Shown: positions 1 through 9,560 of the stretch, piece by piece
How positions within the stretch are numbered: position 1 is the stretch's first letter
Layout of the letters: the number at the start of each line of letters is the position of its first letter
Virus record (IMG/VR): IMGVR_UViG_3300043447_000372
Coordinates: 1 to 26,635 of that record
Reading direction: 5' to 3' (one strand)
Length of the DNA stretch: 26,635 nucleotides
Source: a virus
Taxonomy: Duplodnaviria; Caudoviricetes
Program-made: the position numbers and the translations under genes
Notes under the pieces: generated by a model
Told to the model about the DNA's origin: nothing
Databases searched by the model: none
Seen by the model: the letters and a program-made list of their open reading frames with translations, nothing else

Positions 1-312
1 CTCAAGAACTGACTCTACTACTTTTAGGTAAATAGGGATTCCAGCATTAGCATTATAAAATGATTCAAGCCATGCTGCTCCATAATTACCGTCAGCAGTT
101 TCTGCAGTCTTGGTTGGAAGGAAGTTCCATCTTGTTGAAATTTTATGCTTTTTTGCAATAATATATTTTCTTAAACTTCCATTAGCCATTCTTGACTGGT
201 TTTCAATAAGCTCTGGTTCAATATCAATAGGATCACGATTATGGTCTGTAAGCTTATACCAAGTAGTACCATTTAATGAAACCTGTAGTCCCGATTGAAT
301 TGCATATGCCAT
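1..312 (-). CDS. Partial gene (runs off the window) after the tape measure gene; probable distal tail / minor tail protein
   Basis: Not in the ORF track. ATG at 312 overlaps the tape measure TAA (TAATG) and the frame stays open to base 1: MAYAIQSGLQVSLNGTTWYKLTDHNRDPIDIEPELIENQSRMANGSLRKYIIAKKHKISTRWNFLP... Function inferred from position. Confidence 0.8.
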   Translation of the reverse strand, partial: MAYAIQSGLQVSLNGTTWYKLTDHNRDPIDIEPELIENQSRMANGSLRKYIIAKKHKISTRWNFLPTKTAETADGNYGAAWLESFYNANAGIPIYLKVVESVLE

Positions 313-3300
313 TATGGTGTCACCGCATTTGTCTTGTTATTCTGTGTATTTTTTACACCAAGCTTCTTAATTACTTGGTTAGCAATATCCGCTGCATTTG
401 CATTAGCCCCATTTACTGTCATAGTAACATTATACACTGTTCCAGAAGTTGGTGTAGTTGAAGATGGAGTATTATTAAATGTATTTGAAACTCCAGGCAC
501 TCCAGTCTGTAGTGCTGCTGCCTTTGTTAGGTCTGGGCTAAATGCTCTTAGCTGCTCTATTCCAAGCATTCCTTGACTTAATGTTGACTGGATCAATGCC
601 TGTTGCTTAGGGTCTTTAAGCTTTGAGTTGCTAATAACCTTAAGGGCTTCCTTCATTGTAGCAAGCTTGCTATTAAAATCAATGTTCTTTGACTCAGCGT
701 TAAAGTCTGAAACTTCCTGAATTTTTTGTTGACCAATCATTGCTGATCCAATATAATCTCCAGCAATCTTTGACTCTGTTGCACTCTTTTGTAGTGCCAT
801 AATCTTTTGCTGATAGTCGTACTGTCTCTTTAACTCATCATTAATATCCGCAAAATATTTCTTTGGGTCGGTCATAGCAAGGGTTAATTCAGCTTGTTGC
901 TTTGAAGTCTTCCACTCATCAACCATCTTCTTTATTTCGCTAGAGCTCTTCTGTGAAGATATTGCGATTGCAAGGTCAGATTCTGCAACTAAGTCAATCG
1001 CTTCTGTAGTTTCAACTCCTGCGATTTTTAGCTTTAAAAATGCTGTTCTTTGAGCCTTTGCAGCCGTAATTGCATTTTGTGACTCTGCACTAAATCTTCC
1101 GAGAGCTCTTTCGTCAAAAGCCTTCTTTGCAGCATTTCCAAGTGTTGTAAGGGCGACTGCACCATTTTTAGCAACTCTTATTAGCTTATTCTGAACATTC
1201 TTTTCTAAGCTTCCTATCCAGTCAATAAATGCTGTGTTTGCGCCAAGCTTAGCTAACTGTTGGTCAAGCCCCTTAAAGATTGTTATATCTTTCTTTCCAC
1301 CAAGAATACGAAGCAATTCTTTTGCTCCCTTTGTTACGTCAATGGTGCCATCTCTAGTGCGCTTTAGGTCATTAAGAATTTCATCATAAGTAGTGTCTCT
1401 GTCTTTAGCTCCACCGTTACCGTTACCGTTTGGTCCCATTACTGGTGTTAGATTTGGGCTTTCGGTTGTTATCTTTTGAGCTTTTCCTTCAGCATAGGTG
1501 TTTGCCCACCATTGTCTTGAATGCTTTTGACCTGCATATTGTGCTCCACCATATTTTCCAGTTTCACCCATCCATGTCTTAAAGTCATCGCTTTCTGTAA
1601 TGATCTTTGGATCTTTAACATCTAAGATTTGTGCAATAGTTGTGGTGTATACGTGACGAGCATTTTGATCAAGATTATTAAAATAATCCTGGTTAAATGC
1701 TCCAAGAATTTTTGGAGGCAAGAATGTTTGAAGAACTTGAATATCAAGCTTTCCACTATTAGCCTGAACTGCCTCAATCTGCTTTTCTAGCTCTGCTGCA
1801 GCTTTAGGATTTTTTTGATAGTAAGAAACAAGCATTCCAACATCAAGGAATCCGCTACCAGCTGCAAGAGTTCCATAAAGATTCAACAGCTTGTCAACAT
1901 CACCCTGTGTCTTTGCTGTTCTGATATCAACATAGAATTTAGCTGTTGCTTCTTCATTTGGGTTATTTAGTAGATCGGTAAAACCAGAAGCAATATCTGT
2001 TGCTTGTCCTGGTACTATGCCACCCCATTTAGTATCAATCTGGGCAACAATATTGAACATCTTAGTCTTTGTTCCCTTGTCAGCAAACATGTTATCAAAG
2101 GCAACAATTTGTGATGGTGTCATTGATCCATAATTCATCATCATTTGAATCTTGCCTTCAAGGGTACCGCTCATGTTTTTGCCTACATCGGTTGCTGCAG
2201 ATACATATTGAGACTGAGTTGCATCATCCTTATACTTACGCTTTGTTGTTTCTTCAAGAGCTTTTCTTGTTTCTCTTCTGGTTAAGCCCACCGAGTTTGC
2301 ATAAAAATCAACAGCAGACTGTCTTGTTCTTGCACCTTGTTGCTGTAATCTTAAGCTTTTTTCTGCAAGTTCTAGCTCAAGTCTTTTAACCTTTTCAATA
2401 TCTCCGTCAAGCTTAGCTCTTTTAATTGCATCAGCGTATGATAGCTGTAGTGCTGCCTGCATCTGATTGCTTAAATCGCTTGCTGACTTATAGGCAGTTG
2501 TTGTTTGTGCAGCAAATCCTGCTACTCTTGCTGAAGCTTGTCCCATGTACTTGGCTGCTAAGACAGCTCCAGTACCAATACCTATGATTCCTCCCACAAC
2601 AGACCCAATAGCGGCTCCTGGGGCTGCTCCAACGCCTCCAAACAGTGCTCCTACACCTGCACCTGCTGCAGCTCCTAGCTGAACTCCAGTTGATGCTGTA
2701 CCCAAGATTGACAAACCAGTAAATAGGCCCTTGTCCATTCCTCCGCCAAGGACTCTATTATCTCCTATAGGAAGTTTTCCTCCCATAAGTCCAGCATCTC
2801 CTGTTGCCATCTTTGCCAGGTTTTGTGCTTTTGCAAGTTGATCTTCTACTAAGTTAACACGAAGATTAATTCCATTTGTTCCCAAAATATTTTTACCGTC
2901 TGGACCAAATAGGTTTGCAAGCTCTGCGTTTACCTGAAGTCCTACTTGTAGATTTCCAACTTCTCTTCCAATGCTAAGAGCAATACTTCTAGCTTGTGCT
3001 GTTGAAAAGACTCCAGAAGCCACGGCTGCAGATAGTTGTGTCTTTAATGTTTCTATTCCTTCTTTGGTTCCTTGCTTGCTGATGATTTCACGTAATCCTG
3101 CTGCAGTTGCCTTACCTTGCTCTGACTGAGCAAACATTTCTCCAAAGCTACTCTTGCCTTGTGCTACAGTAAGAGGACTAATTGCCTTACTCTTTTTGTA
3201 GTTTAATAATTCTGCTGCACTTACAGTTCCAGCAAACTCAGAAAGCTTCTTCATGTTTTCTGAAGTAGAACCTGTTGCATCTGCTAAATCCAGCATCTTA

Positions 3301-6300
3301 TCTCTTGCCTTGCTTGCAGAAGAATTAATCCACATCTGTGCACCAACAAATGCAGCGACTGTAAGTCCAAGCATTCCTTGCCATTTAACTAATGCTGGAA
3401 GAAGCATCGCAACACCTTGCAAACCAAAAATAAATGGCATCATCTTTTGTGCCATCTCTCCAACAGATCCGCCAGCAAATGATGCAGCAATTGTTAAGCT
3501 GCTAAGTGCACCCATTCCAGCAGTTGCCTTTTCACTAAACTTAGTTAGTCCAGCTCTTGCTTTTGCTGAAACCTTGGCATCTTCTCTAGCCATTCTAAGT
3601 CGGTTTGCTTCTGCTTGCTTAGCTCTAGTCTGCTCTTGTTGCTTTAGTCTTGCCTCTGCTCTAAGTGCTGAAAGTCTTCTTTTTTCTTGTAGTTCAATCT
3701 GACGACGTAAAGAGTTTTGTTCTGCTCTAAACTGTCTATCCATATTTGAAACAGCTGTTGATGGAGGAGTTCCATCTAGTCCGCTAATAGCACCTCTAAC
3801 TCTTACTCCTCTTGGAATAATAGATGCGCCTCTTGGAATGTTTGCAACTCTGTTGTCTGCTACGTTTCTGCTTGTTGTCTGCATTCCCGCAGGTTTTGGT
3901 TCTGTATTCTGTCCTGTTAGGGTTACTGGTCTCTTTCCCTTAGCAACAACCTTTTCTCCCTTAGCAACAGCCACAACCTCAGCAAGTGGCTTTGGTGTTG
4001 GACCAAGCTTAACGATTGTCTTTGCAATATCCTTATAGAATTCTGGAGTTCTAACCTTTGCTAATGCAAGTACACCCTTAGCCTGGAAAACCTTATCTAT
4101 CTTAGCAATTCCAGCATTATTTGCAGCAACTTCAAGACCCGCAATTCTTGCTATCTTTGCAAGCTCACCTGGGTTAGTTGGATGCTTCTGAGACTGAGCA
4201 AATCTATAGTCATTTTTTAATTGCTTAATTTCTTGCTGGCTTAGACCTAAACCACCTTGAGATCTTGGAAGACCAATCTTTGGGTTATTGACAAGCTTAC
4301 CAACAGCAGATCCACCAGCACGATTTAAATAGTTATTAAGTCCTGTGTGATCAGATATTGTATGTCCACTTTGCCATTTTGTAGCTGAATCCTTTGGCTT
4401 AAGGATGTGAGACTCATCCTTTGTCCCCATAAACTTTTTAATTTCTTGATCGTTAAGTCCAGACTTCTTCAGCTCAGTGTGAAGCTTAGCTCCTTCTTTG
4501 TCTGGGAACTGAGCATTAAGTTTTGCTCTAAGTGCTCTTACAGCAGCAGGAGCTCCTGTTCCAGGCTTACCAAGTCTTCCAAGATATCTATCAAGTGTTG
4601 ATGGTGTTGTTGGTCTATTGGATGTACCACCCATCTTACTTTGTGTCTCTTTAAATGTGTACTTGATTTGCTGTTCAAGTTGCTTTGAGGTCATTACAGA
4701 TAGTGGCTTACCATCTTTACCAAGATATGTATACATCTTTGTCTTATTATCATAAACAAGTCTAGAAGATAAATCCTTAAAGCCATTTCTATTTGACTCG
4801 TATGCTGCTTTCATTGCTGGGGTTGCAGAAGACTTTGGTCCATACTTAAGATCAAAGTATCTTTGAATAGCCTGTTGTTTTCTTGTTACTAGAGCAGACT
4901 TGCCATTACCCGCTGTTTGAGGCTTTCCTGCATATGTAATACCAGCCTCGTGCATTCCAATTCTTCCATTTACCATACCCTCAATAATTGGCTTAAAGTT
5001 AGGATCTTGAGCAACTGGAGCAGGAATAACAGCTTCTCCAGGAGATAGCAGTGATGGGACAATATCACCAGCACCCTTTGGTCCAGGGACACTTGTTGTT
5101 CCTGTTGCAAACTTTGTTGGTCTAGCTCCACCTGCACGAGGAGGAAGCATTGCTCCTGGGTTTGTTCTTGCGAACTTTCCTGCTGCAACAGTTGCCTCAA
5201 CGTATGCATTTCTTAGTGCTCTAACTGCTGCTGCTTCAAACTCAAACTTTTGTGTTAGCTGTGAGTGTGCCTGATTAAGTGATGCTGCTACAGTTGCTGA
5301 CTCAAGTTGTGCTGCATTTAAGTATGTAGTTTGTTCTGCAAGTATTTTGCTACTTCCACCAATTTTACTAAATCCCATACGCATTGCCAAGAAAAGCTTA
5401 ATAATATTTGCAACACCGTTTGCTACCAAACCAAATGTCATCAATAGTATTGGACCAATAATTCCTACAAGAGCTCCAGCTGTGACAATAAACTTCTTAA
5501 CACCATCATCTAGTCCGTTAAACTTTTCTAAAACTTTTCCGACAAACTTTACAATTGGTGTTACAGCTTCAAGGAAAGCTTTTCCAATTGGAACCATGGA
5601 AACCTTAAGGCTTTCTAGAGATGCTTTAAAGTTTGTTCCAACAGCATCTTTAACCTTTGCCATTTCTCGTTCGGACAAGATAGCAAGTTCTTCAACACTA
5701 GCATTTGTCAATCCAAGAACACGATTTGCCTGTGTTCCATCTTTAGTTATGTTCTGGAATAATGTTGATAATCTTGCAAACTGAAACTTGCCAAACATTT
5801 GCTCAATTGCTCTAGCACGATCAAGCGGTGCTAACTTGTCTAGTGCTTGTGCAAACCCTATTACTGTTGCTTTCAGGTTTCCTGCATTTCCTTCAACAAT
5901 AGAGTTAATGTTAATCCCCATGTCGGCAAGCATTCCTGCTGCTTTTTTACTTGGGTTGATAAGAGAAGCTAATCCAGACTTAAGTGCGTTAGCACCTTCT
6001 GATGCATTGATTCCACCTTCCTTCATTGCTGTAAGGAAGAAAGCTAGGTCTTCTACGCTACCACCAAGTTGCTTAACAACTGGTCCTGCCTTTGGAATAG
6101 CTGTTGTAAGGTCTTCAATGTTTACTACAGTCTGGTTTTCAACTGCGTTAAGAAAGTTAATCTTATTTGCAAGTTGATCTGCAGAAATACCAAATGCATT
6201 AGTTAAAGAAATTGTTGTTTCTAGTGCCTTCTCTTGTTCAACGCTACCAAGAACTGCAAGCTTTGTTGCTTGTGCAACCTGAGCGGTAAGTTCTGCACCC

Positions 6301-7118
6301 ATTTTACCCATTGCAGCAGCATCTGCTGCCATCTTCATGGTATCTTCCATCTTGACACCATACTGAATAAAGCTCTTTGCTAAGCCTTCTATATCCTTAA
6401 GTGCCTTATCAGTTTGATCTGATGTTGTAAACATTTCACCATAAACACGTTTAAATCTGATAGCTTGTGCTTCTAGTGCCATAAATGTTTTAGCTGCAGC
6501 AGCTCCAAAATATGCAAGAGGGATAGAGAAACCAACCATGAGCTGACGACCAGCCCACTGAGTATTCTTACCAAAGTTGAGTAAGTTAGTTGAACCTTGC
6601 TTTACAAGCTGATTAAATAAAGCTTGCTTTTGTGCTGCGATTGCTGCTTGAGTTCCAAAGTCTTTCATATTTAATGTCAGTGGTGTAACCGACATTGCCT
6701 TAGTTGCTCCTGCTGCATCACGACCCATCTTGATGTACTGGGTCTGCATCTTCTTTACACGGTCTTGAGCTACCTTGCCAATTGTGTCAAACTCTGATTT
6801 AAACATTCTTCCGAATGTCTTTGTTGATGCTCCAGCGTACCTGAAGTACTGGCCCATTGAAAGCTTATTATTTTCAAGAGCATGAGTAAAGGATTCTGTT
6901 GATGTTCTAACAAGGCCCATCTTGGCCGTGAACATACCTGTTGCATTGATTGAGTTTAATAAATTAGTTTGCAGGCTTCTTTGAGCTGCTGCTGTTTGTG
7001 CACTTCCTTGTGCAACAGATGAGTGAAAGGTAGCTAGTTGTCGCTGTAAGTTTTTAAGTCCCGCAAGTGCTTGGGTCGTATCAATATGTACGCCTATATT
7101 AGCATTTACGTCAGCCAC
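312..7118 (-). CDS. Tail tape measure protein (2268 aa)
   Basis: Very long Ala/Gly/Lys-rich helical ORF after the tail chaperones. N-terminal TP901-like core (AQATKLAVLG...NFLNAVENQT...GGINASEGANALKSGLASL), hydrophobic segments, GTG start with SD GGAGGTG. Confidence 0.95.
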   Translation of the reverse strand: MADVNANIGVHIDTTQALAGLKNLQRQLATFHSSVAQGSAQTAAAQRSLQTNLLNSINATGMFTAKMGLVRTSTESFTHALENNKLSMGQYFRYAGASTKTFGRMFKSEFDTIGKVAQDRVKKMQTQYIKMGRDAAGATKAMSVTPLTLNMKDFGTQAAIAAQKQALFNQLVKQGSTNLLNFGKNTQWAGRQLMVGFSIPLAYFGAAAAKTFMALEAQAIRFKRVYGEMFTTSDQTDKALKDIEGLAKSFIQYGVKMEDTMKMAADAAAMGKMGAELTAQVAQATKLAVLGSVEQEKALETTISLTNAFGISADQLANKINFLNAVENQTVVNIEDLTTAIPKAGPVVKQLGGSVEDLAFFLTAMKEGGINASEGANALKSGLASLINPSKKAAGMLADMGININSIVEGNAGNLKATVIGFAQALDKLAPLDRARAIEQMFGKFQFARLSTLFQNITKDGTQANRVLGLTNASVEELAILSEREMAKVKDAVGTNFKASLESLKVSMVPIGKAFLEAVTPIVKFVGKVLEKFNGLDDGVKKFIVTAGALVGIIGPILLMTFGLVANGVANIIKLFLAMRMGFSKIGGSSKILAEQTTYLNAAQLESATVAASLNQAHSQLTQKFEFEAAAVRALRNAYVEATVAAGKFARTNPGAMLPPRAGGARPTKFATGTTSVPGPKGAGDIVPSLLSPGEAVIPAPVAQDPNFKPIIEGMVNGRIGMHEAGITYAGKPQTAGNGKSALVTRKQQAIQRYFDLKYGPKSSATPAMKAAYESNRNGFKDLSSRLVYDNKTKMYTYLGKDGKPLSVMTSKQLEQQIKYTFKETQSKMGGTSNRPTTPSTLDRYLGRLGKPGTGAPAAVRALRAKLNAQFPDKEGAKLHTELKKSGLNDQEIKKFMGTKDESHILKPKDSATKWQSGHTISDHTGLNNYLNRAGGSAVGKLVNNPKIGLPRSQGGLGLSQQEIKQLKNDYRFAQSQKHPTNPGELAKIARIAGLEVAANNAGIAKIDKVFQAKGVLALAKVRTPEFYKDIAKTIVKLGPTPKPLAEVVAVAKGEKVVAKGKRPVTLTGQNTEPKPAGMQTTSRNVADNRVANIPRGASIIPRGVRVRGAISGLDGTPPSTAVSNMDRQFRAEQNSLRRQIELQEKRRLSALRAEARLKQQEQTRAKQAEANRLRMAREDAKVSAKARAGLTKFSEKATAGMGALSSLTIAASFAGGSVGEMAQKMMPFIFGLQGVAMLLPALVKWQGMLGLTVAAFVGAQMWINSSASKARDKMLDLADATGSTSENMKKLSEFAGTVSAAELLNYKKSKAISPLTVAQGKSSFGEMFAQSEQGKATAAGLREIISKQGTKEGIETLKTQLSAAVASGVFSTAQARSIALSIGREVGNLQVGLQVNAELANLFGPDGKNILGTNGINLRVNLVEDQLAKAQNLAKMATGDAGLMGGKLPIGDNRVLGGGMDKGLFTGLSILGTASTGVQLGAAAGAGVGALFGGVGAAPGAAIGSVVGGIIGIGTGAVLAAKYMGQASARVAGFAAQTTTAYKSASDLSNQMQAALQLSYADAIKRAKLDGDIEKVKRLELELAEKSLRLQQQGARTRQSAVDFYANSVGLTRRETRKALEETTKRKYKDDATQSQYVSAATDVGKNMSGTLEGKIQMMMNYGSMTPSQIVAFDNMFADKGTKTKMFNIVAQIDTKWGGIVPGQATDIASGFTDLLNNPNEEATAKFYVDIRTAKTQGDVDKLLNLYGTLAAGSGFLDVGMLVSYYQKNPKAAAELEKQIEAVQANSGKLDIQVLQTFLPPKILGAFNQDYFNNLDQNARHVYTTTIAQILDVKDPKIITESDDFKTWMGETGKYGGAQYAGQKHSRQWWANTYAEGKAQKITTESPNLTPVMGPNGNGNGGAKDRDTTYDEILNDLKRTRDGTIDVTKGAKELLRILGGKKDITIFKGLDQQLAKLGANTAFIDWIGSLEKNVQNKLIRVAKNGAVALTTLGNAAKKAFDERALGRFSAESQNAITAAKAQRTAFLKLKIAGVETTEAIDLVAESDLAIAISSQKSSSEIKKMVDEWKTSKQQAELTLAMTDPKKYFADINDELKRQYDYQQKIMALQKSATESKIAGDYIGSAMIGQQKIQEVSDFNAESKNIDFNSKLATMKEALKVISNSKLKDPKQQALIQSTLSQGMLGIEQLRAFSPDLTKAAALQTGVPGVSNTFNNTPSSTTPTSGTVYNVTMTVNGANANAADIANQVIKKLGVKNTQNNKTNAVTP

Positions 7119-7151
7119 AAACTAGCACCTCCCTCTTTTTAATTGTTTTTT

Positions 7152-7484
7152 TTAGTTATTTGCAAGCACTGTATTAAGTAGTGCATTTGCGTCTGTTAAC
7201 TTAACTCCTGATGCTGCTTCAATAATGTCATAGACTGTTGGAAGATCAAGAATATCTTCCAAAGCATTTACATCCTTAGCTAGATCTGGATTGTACTGCT
7301 CCATAGCAATTTGTACGCATTCCATAAGGAGAGCCATTGACTTCTCGTTATCTTCTGCCACCTCTGCCACCTTTTCAAACTTAGTCATGAATGGTCGTAG
7401 TAATGAAATCTTGAGAGGTCTCACCTTGATTACTGTTCCATCCATGAGTGTAAGCTCTTTACTCTCATGTACTGTTGTTGCCAT
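7152..7484 (-). CDS. Tail assembly chaperone, short (G-like) form
   Basis: 110-aa acidic ORF between tail tube and tape measure genes; SD AGGAGG; paralogous to the N-terminal half of 7511..8218. Confidence 0.75.
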   Translation of the reverse strand: MATTVHESKELTLMDGTVIKVRPLKISLLRPFMTKFEKVAEVAEDNEKSMALLMECVQIAMEQYNPDLAKDVNALEDILDLPTVYDIIEAASGVKLTDANALLNTVLANN

Positions 7485-7509
7485 TTTTCCTCCTATATAG
7501 GCTACACTA

Positions 7510-7518
7510 ATTATAGCA
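7510..7518 (-). promoter_or_regulatory. Extended -10 promoter TGCTATAAT
   Basis: Matches TGnTATAAT, overlaps the upstream stop codon, and lies 25 nt before the ATG at 7484 with an SD in between. Confidence 0.7.
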
Positions 7519-8218
7519 TAAGAGAAGGGTCTCTTCCGTCTTCATAGTCCAGACCCATCCCAATACCAAACCCTAACTTTTGAGCATTTACTCCCTGCAA
7601 GGCAAGCACATCATCTGCATCAGATGTTGCGCCCTTACTAAATACTCTAGCTTTAAGGTCTTCCCATTCTTTCTGCCCACCCTTGCCAGTTTCGGCATCT
7701 AGGTCAACACCTTGGATAGCAGCAAGAAATTTCTTTTCTGTATAGTCCATCTCTCTACCTATCTCCAGGGTTGCTATTAACTCTGGCATAGATAAGGATA
7801 GTTCTAGTTCTTGATAATCTTTCCATATACCCAGCAAAAATACTTCTGACTCTAGCTTAGCAAGATCAAAATCTTCCCAGGTTGTATTACTTTCTAATGC
7901 TTGTGTTTTTACTGGTTGCTCTGAACCACTATTGACCTTAATTCCTGCAGCAAAATCAAGGACCTGATATATACCTGGCAAATCAAAGTTATCTTCTATA
8001 TCTGACACTGATCTTGATATTGCTGGGTAATACTGCTTCATGCATATTCTGACACACTCAACCAAAACATCTATGGCTTCATCATCATTTTTTGTTAACT
8101 TAATTCTGTCAAAATTGGTCATAAATTCACGAAGATACTTAATCTTCAAAGGAATGATTTCTAGTTCTTCCCCGCCAAATAAAATAACTTTATTTATTGG
8201 ATATATTGTTGTTGCCAT
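7511..8218 (-). CDS. Tail assembly chaperone, long (GT-like) form
   Basis: 235 aa, directly after the tail tube gene. The first ~95 aa align with the 110-aa ORF and are followed by an extra C-terminal domain. Confidence 0.7.
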   Translation of the reverse strand: MATTIYPINKVILFGGEELEIIPLKIKYLREFMTNFDRIKLTKNDDEAIDVLVECVRICMKQYYPAISRSVSDIEDNFDLPGIYQVLDFAAGIKVNSGSEQPVKTQALESNTTWEDFDLAKLESEVFLLGIWKDYQELELSLSMPELIATLEIGREMDYTEKKFLAAIQGVDLDAETGKGGQKEWEDLKARVFSKGATSDADDVLALQGVNAQKLGFGIGMGLDYEDGRDPSLML

Positions 8219-8227
8219 AGTCTATCT

Positions 8228-8236
8228 ATTCTAGCA
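8228..8236 (-). promoter_or_regulatory. Extended -10 promoter TGCTAGAAT, (near-)leaderless
   Basis: TGCTAGAAT-AGATAGACT-ATG; no SD; immediately downstream of a terminator. Confidence 0.6.
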
Positions 8237-8237
8237 T

Positions 8238-8270
8238 AAAACAACAAAGCCCACCTCCGAAGAAGTGGGC
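8238..8270 (-). terminator. Intrinsic terminator after the tail tube gene
   Basis: GCCCACTTC-TTCG-GAGGTGGGC stem with a C(UUCG)G tetraloop, followed by TTTGTTGTTTT. Confidence 0.85.
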
Positions 8271-8291
8271 CAAGTCGTATAATTTATTAAA

Positions 8292-8930
8292 TTATGATGC
8301 TGGTGTCCAAGTACGATCTACGATCTTACCGTATGAACCAGATGTGTCCTCTGGGAGGAGACGGAATGAAACTTCAAACATTGAAGCCTCATCACGCTTA
8401 GCAGATACTGTAACATTCTCAATTGAGAGTGCACGGTACGCTGTGTAAACACGCTCTACATAAGCTGAGTCTACGCAATCTCCTGTTCCTGGACCTACTG
8501 CTACGATACCACGCTCAACTGGGCACTCGCCAATGTCTCCTGCAGAAAGGTCAAGTGCCTGTCCTGCTGAAGTTGACTTTGTTCCTGTAAGCTTTGAATC
8601 GCTGTAAGCCAAAGAAAGAAGAAGGTTTTCTAATGTTGCTTCAGCAAATGCTGTCTTAAGTGAGACCTGCATTCCCTGCTTGTAAAGCTTTGCAACGTCA
8701 AGAATCTGGTCAACCTTAACTTCACCGAAGTCAGGCTGGAACTGCAGTTCAAGACCATTCATTGTGTAACCAACGTTTGTATAGTCAGCATCGTTAGTAA
8801 GTGTGTCTCTGAAAGTCTTTGAAGACTCAAAAGCTGTAACTGAAGATGCGTCTAGTGTTGTATCTGCAACGAATACTGCTGCTGCACCAACGATAATGTT
8901 GGTTGATGTACCACGACTGTAATTAGCCAT
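8292..8930 (-). CDS. Major tail (tube) protein
   Basis: 212 aa; NIIVGAAAVFV...VGYTMNGLELQFQPDFGEVKVDQ...FAEATLENL pattern typical of siphovirus tube proteins; SD GAGGTG; flanked by a promoter and a terminator. Confidence 0.85.
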   Translation of the reverse strand: MANYSRGTSTNIIVGAAAVFVADTTLDASSVTAFESSKTFRDTLTNDADYTNVGYTMNGLELQFQPDFGEVKVDQILDVAKLYKQGMQVSLKTAFAEATLENLLLSLAYSDSKLTGTKSTSAGQALDLSAGDIGECPVERGIVAVGPGTGDCVDSAYVERVYTAYRALSIENVTVSAKRDEASMFEVSFRLLPEDTSGSYGKIVDRTWTPAS

Positions 8931-8995
8931 ATTTTCACCTCTTTTTCCTAAATAGGGTTATTAAATTGTATTGGCGTTGTGTTTCCTCAAAGTAC

Positions 8996-9004
8996 AGTAT
9001 ATCA
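8996..9004 (-). promoter_or_regulatory. Extended -10 promoter TGATATACT
   Basis: Intergenic, upstream of the tail tube gene; same motif as the other intergenic sites. Confidence 0.65.
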
Positions 9005-9010
9005 GCTTTT

Positions 9011-9559
9011 TTAAGTGTATAATGTGCCCATGGTATGGTAGTCATACTCAATGATAAGCTTGCCACGGTAATTGAACTTAATTGAGCCAAGTTCAACCAA
9101 GTCCCTGGTTTCGTCAACCTGGAACACTCTAGAGCTATGGAAAAATACATTGTTATTGAGGTTGCCCAAGGAGGCTTTATTCTCTATAAGCCACTGGTTA
9201 ATGTCCTGTCCAGATGAGTCTTGACGATCAAGAGCTTCAATGATAACTCTTGATATGTCTAGTCCAGCTGCCTCATCCAAGGCATGAATGGTATAAATCA
9301 GTTGTTCTCTCTTGTGTCTATAGAATGTGCTTGGCTTATAGCGAACCAGCCTGTCATAAGCAATTAAAAAGGTTCCGCCTTCTGGTATTGAAATCTCTTT
9401 AAAGAGGTCGTCAATGTTAGTTGACTGAATGGTTACTATAGGAGAACTCATACCACTGTTTGGGTTTGGGGTATATAGGCCATGAAGCTCTAACTGTGCT
9501 AAAACATACTTGTTTAACAGTAGTGGGGGAAACCCTGTTGTTTGTTTTACATCTGCCAT
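9011..9559 (-). CDS. Probable tail terminator / tail completion protein
   Basis: 182 aa, immediately before the tube gene; SD GGAG; function from synteny. Confidence 0.55.
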   Translation of the reverse strand: MADVKQTTGFPPLLLNKYVLAQLELHGLYTPNPNSGMSSPIVTIQSTNIDDLFKEISIPEGGTFLIAYDRLVRYKPSTFYRHKREQLIYTIHALDEAAGLDISRVIIEALDRQDSSGQDINQWLIENKASLGNLNNNVFFHSSRVFQVDETRDLVELGSIKFNYRGKLIIEYDYHTMGTLYT

Positions 9560-9560
9560 A

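Noticed and set aside
7119-7160. A-run after the short chaperone as a frameshift site
   Set aside because: The run begins in the stop codon rather than before it, and there is no room for a downstream T-like frame before the tape measure gene.
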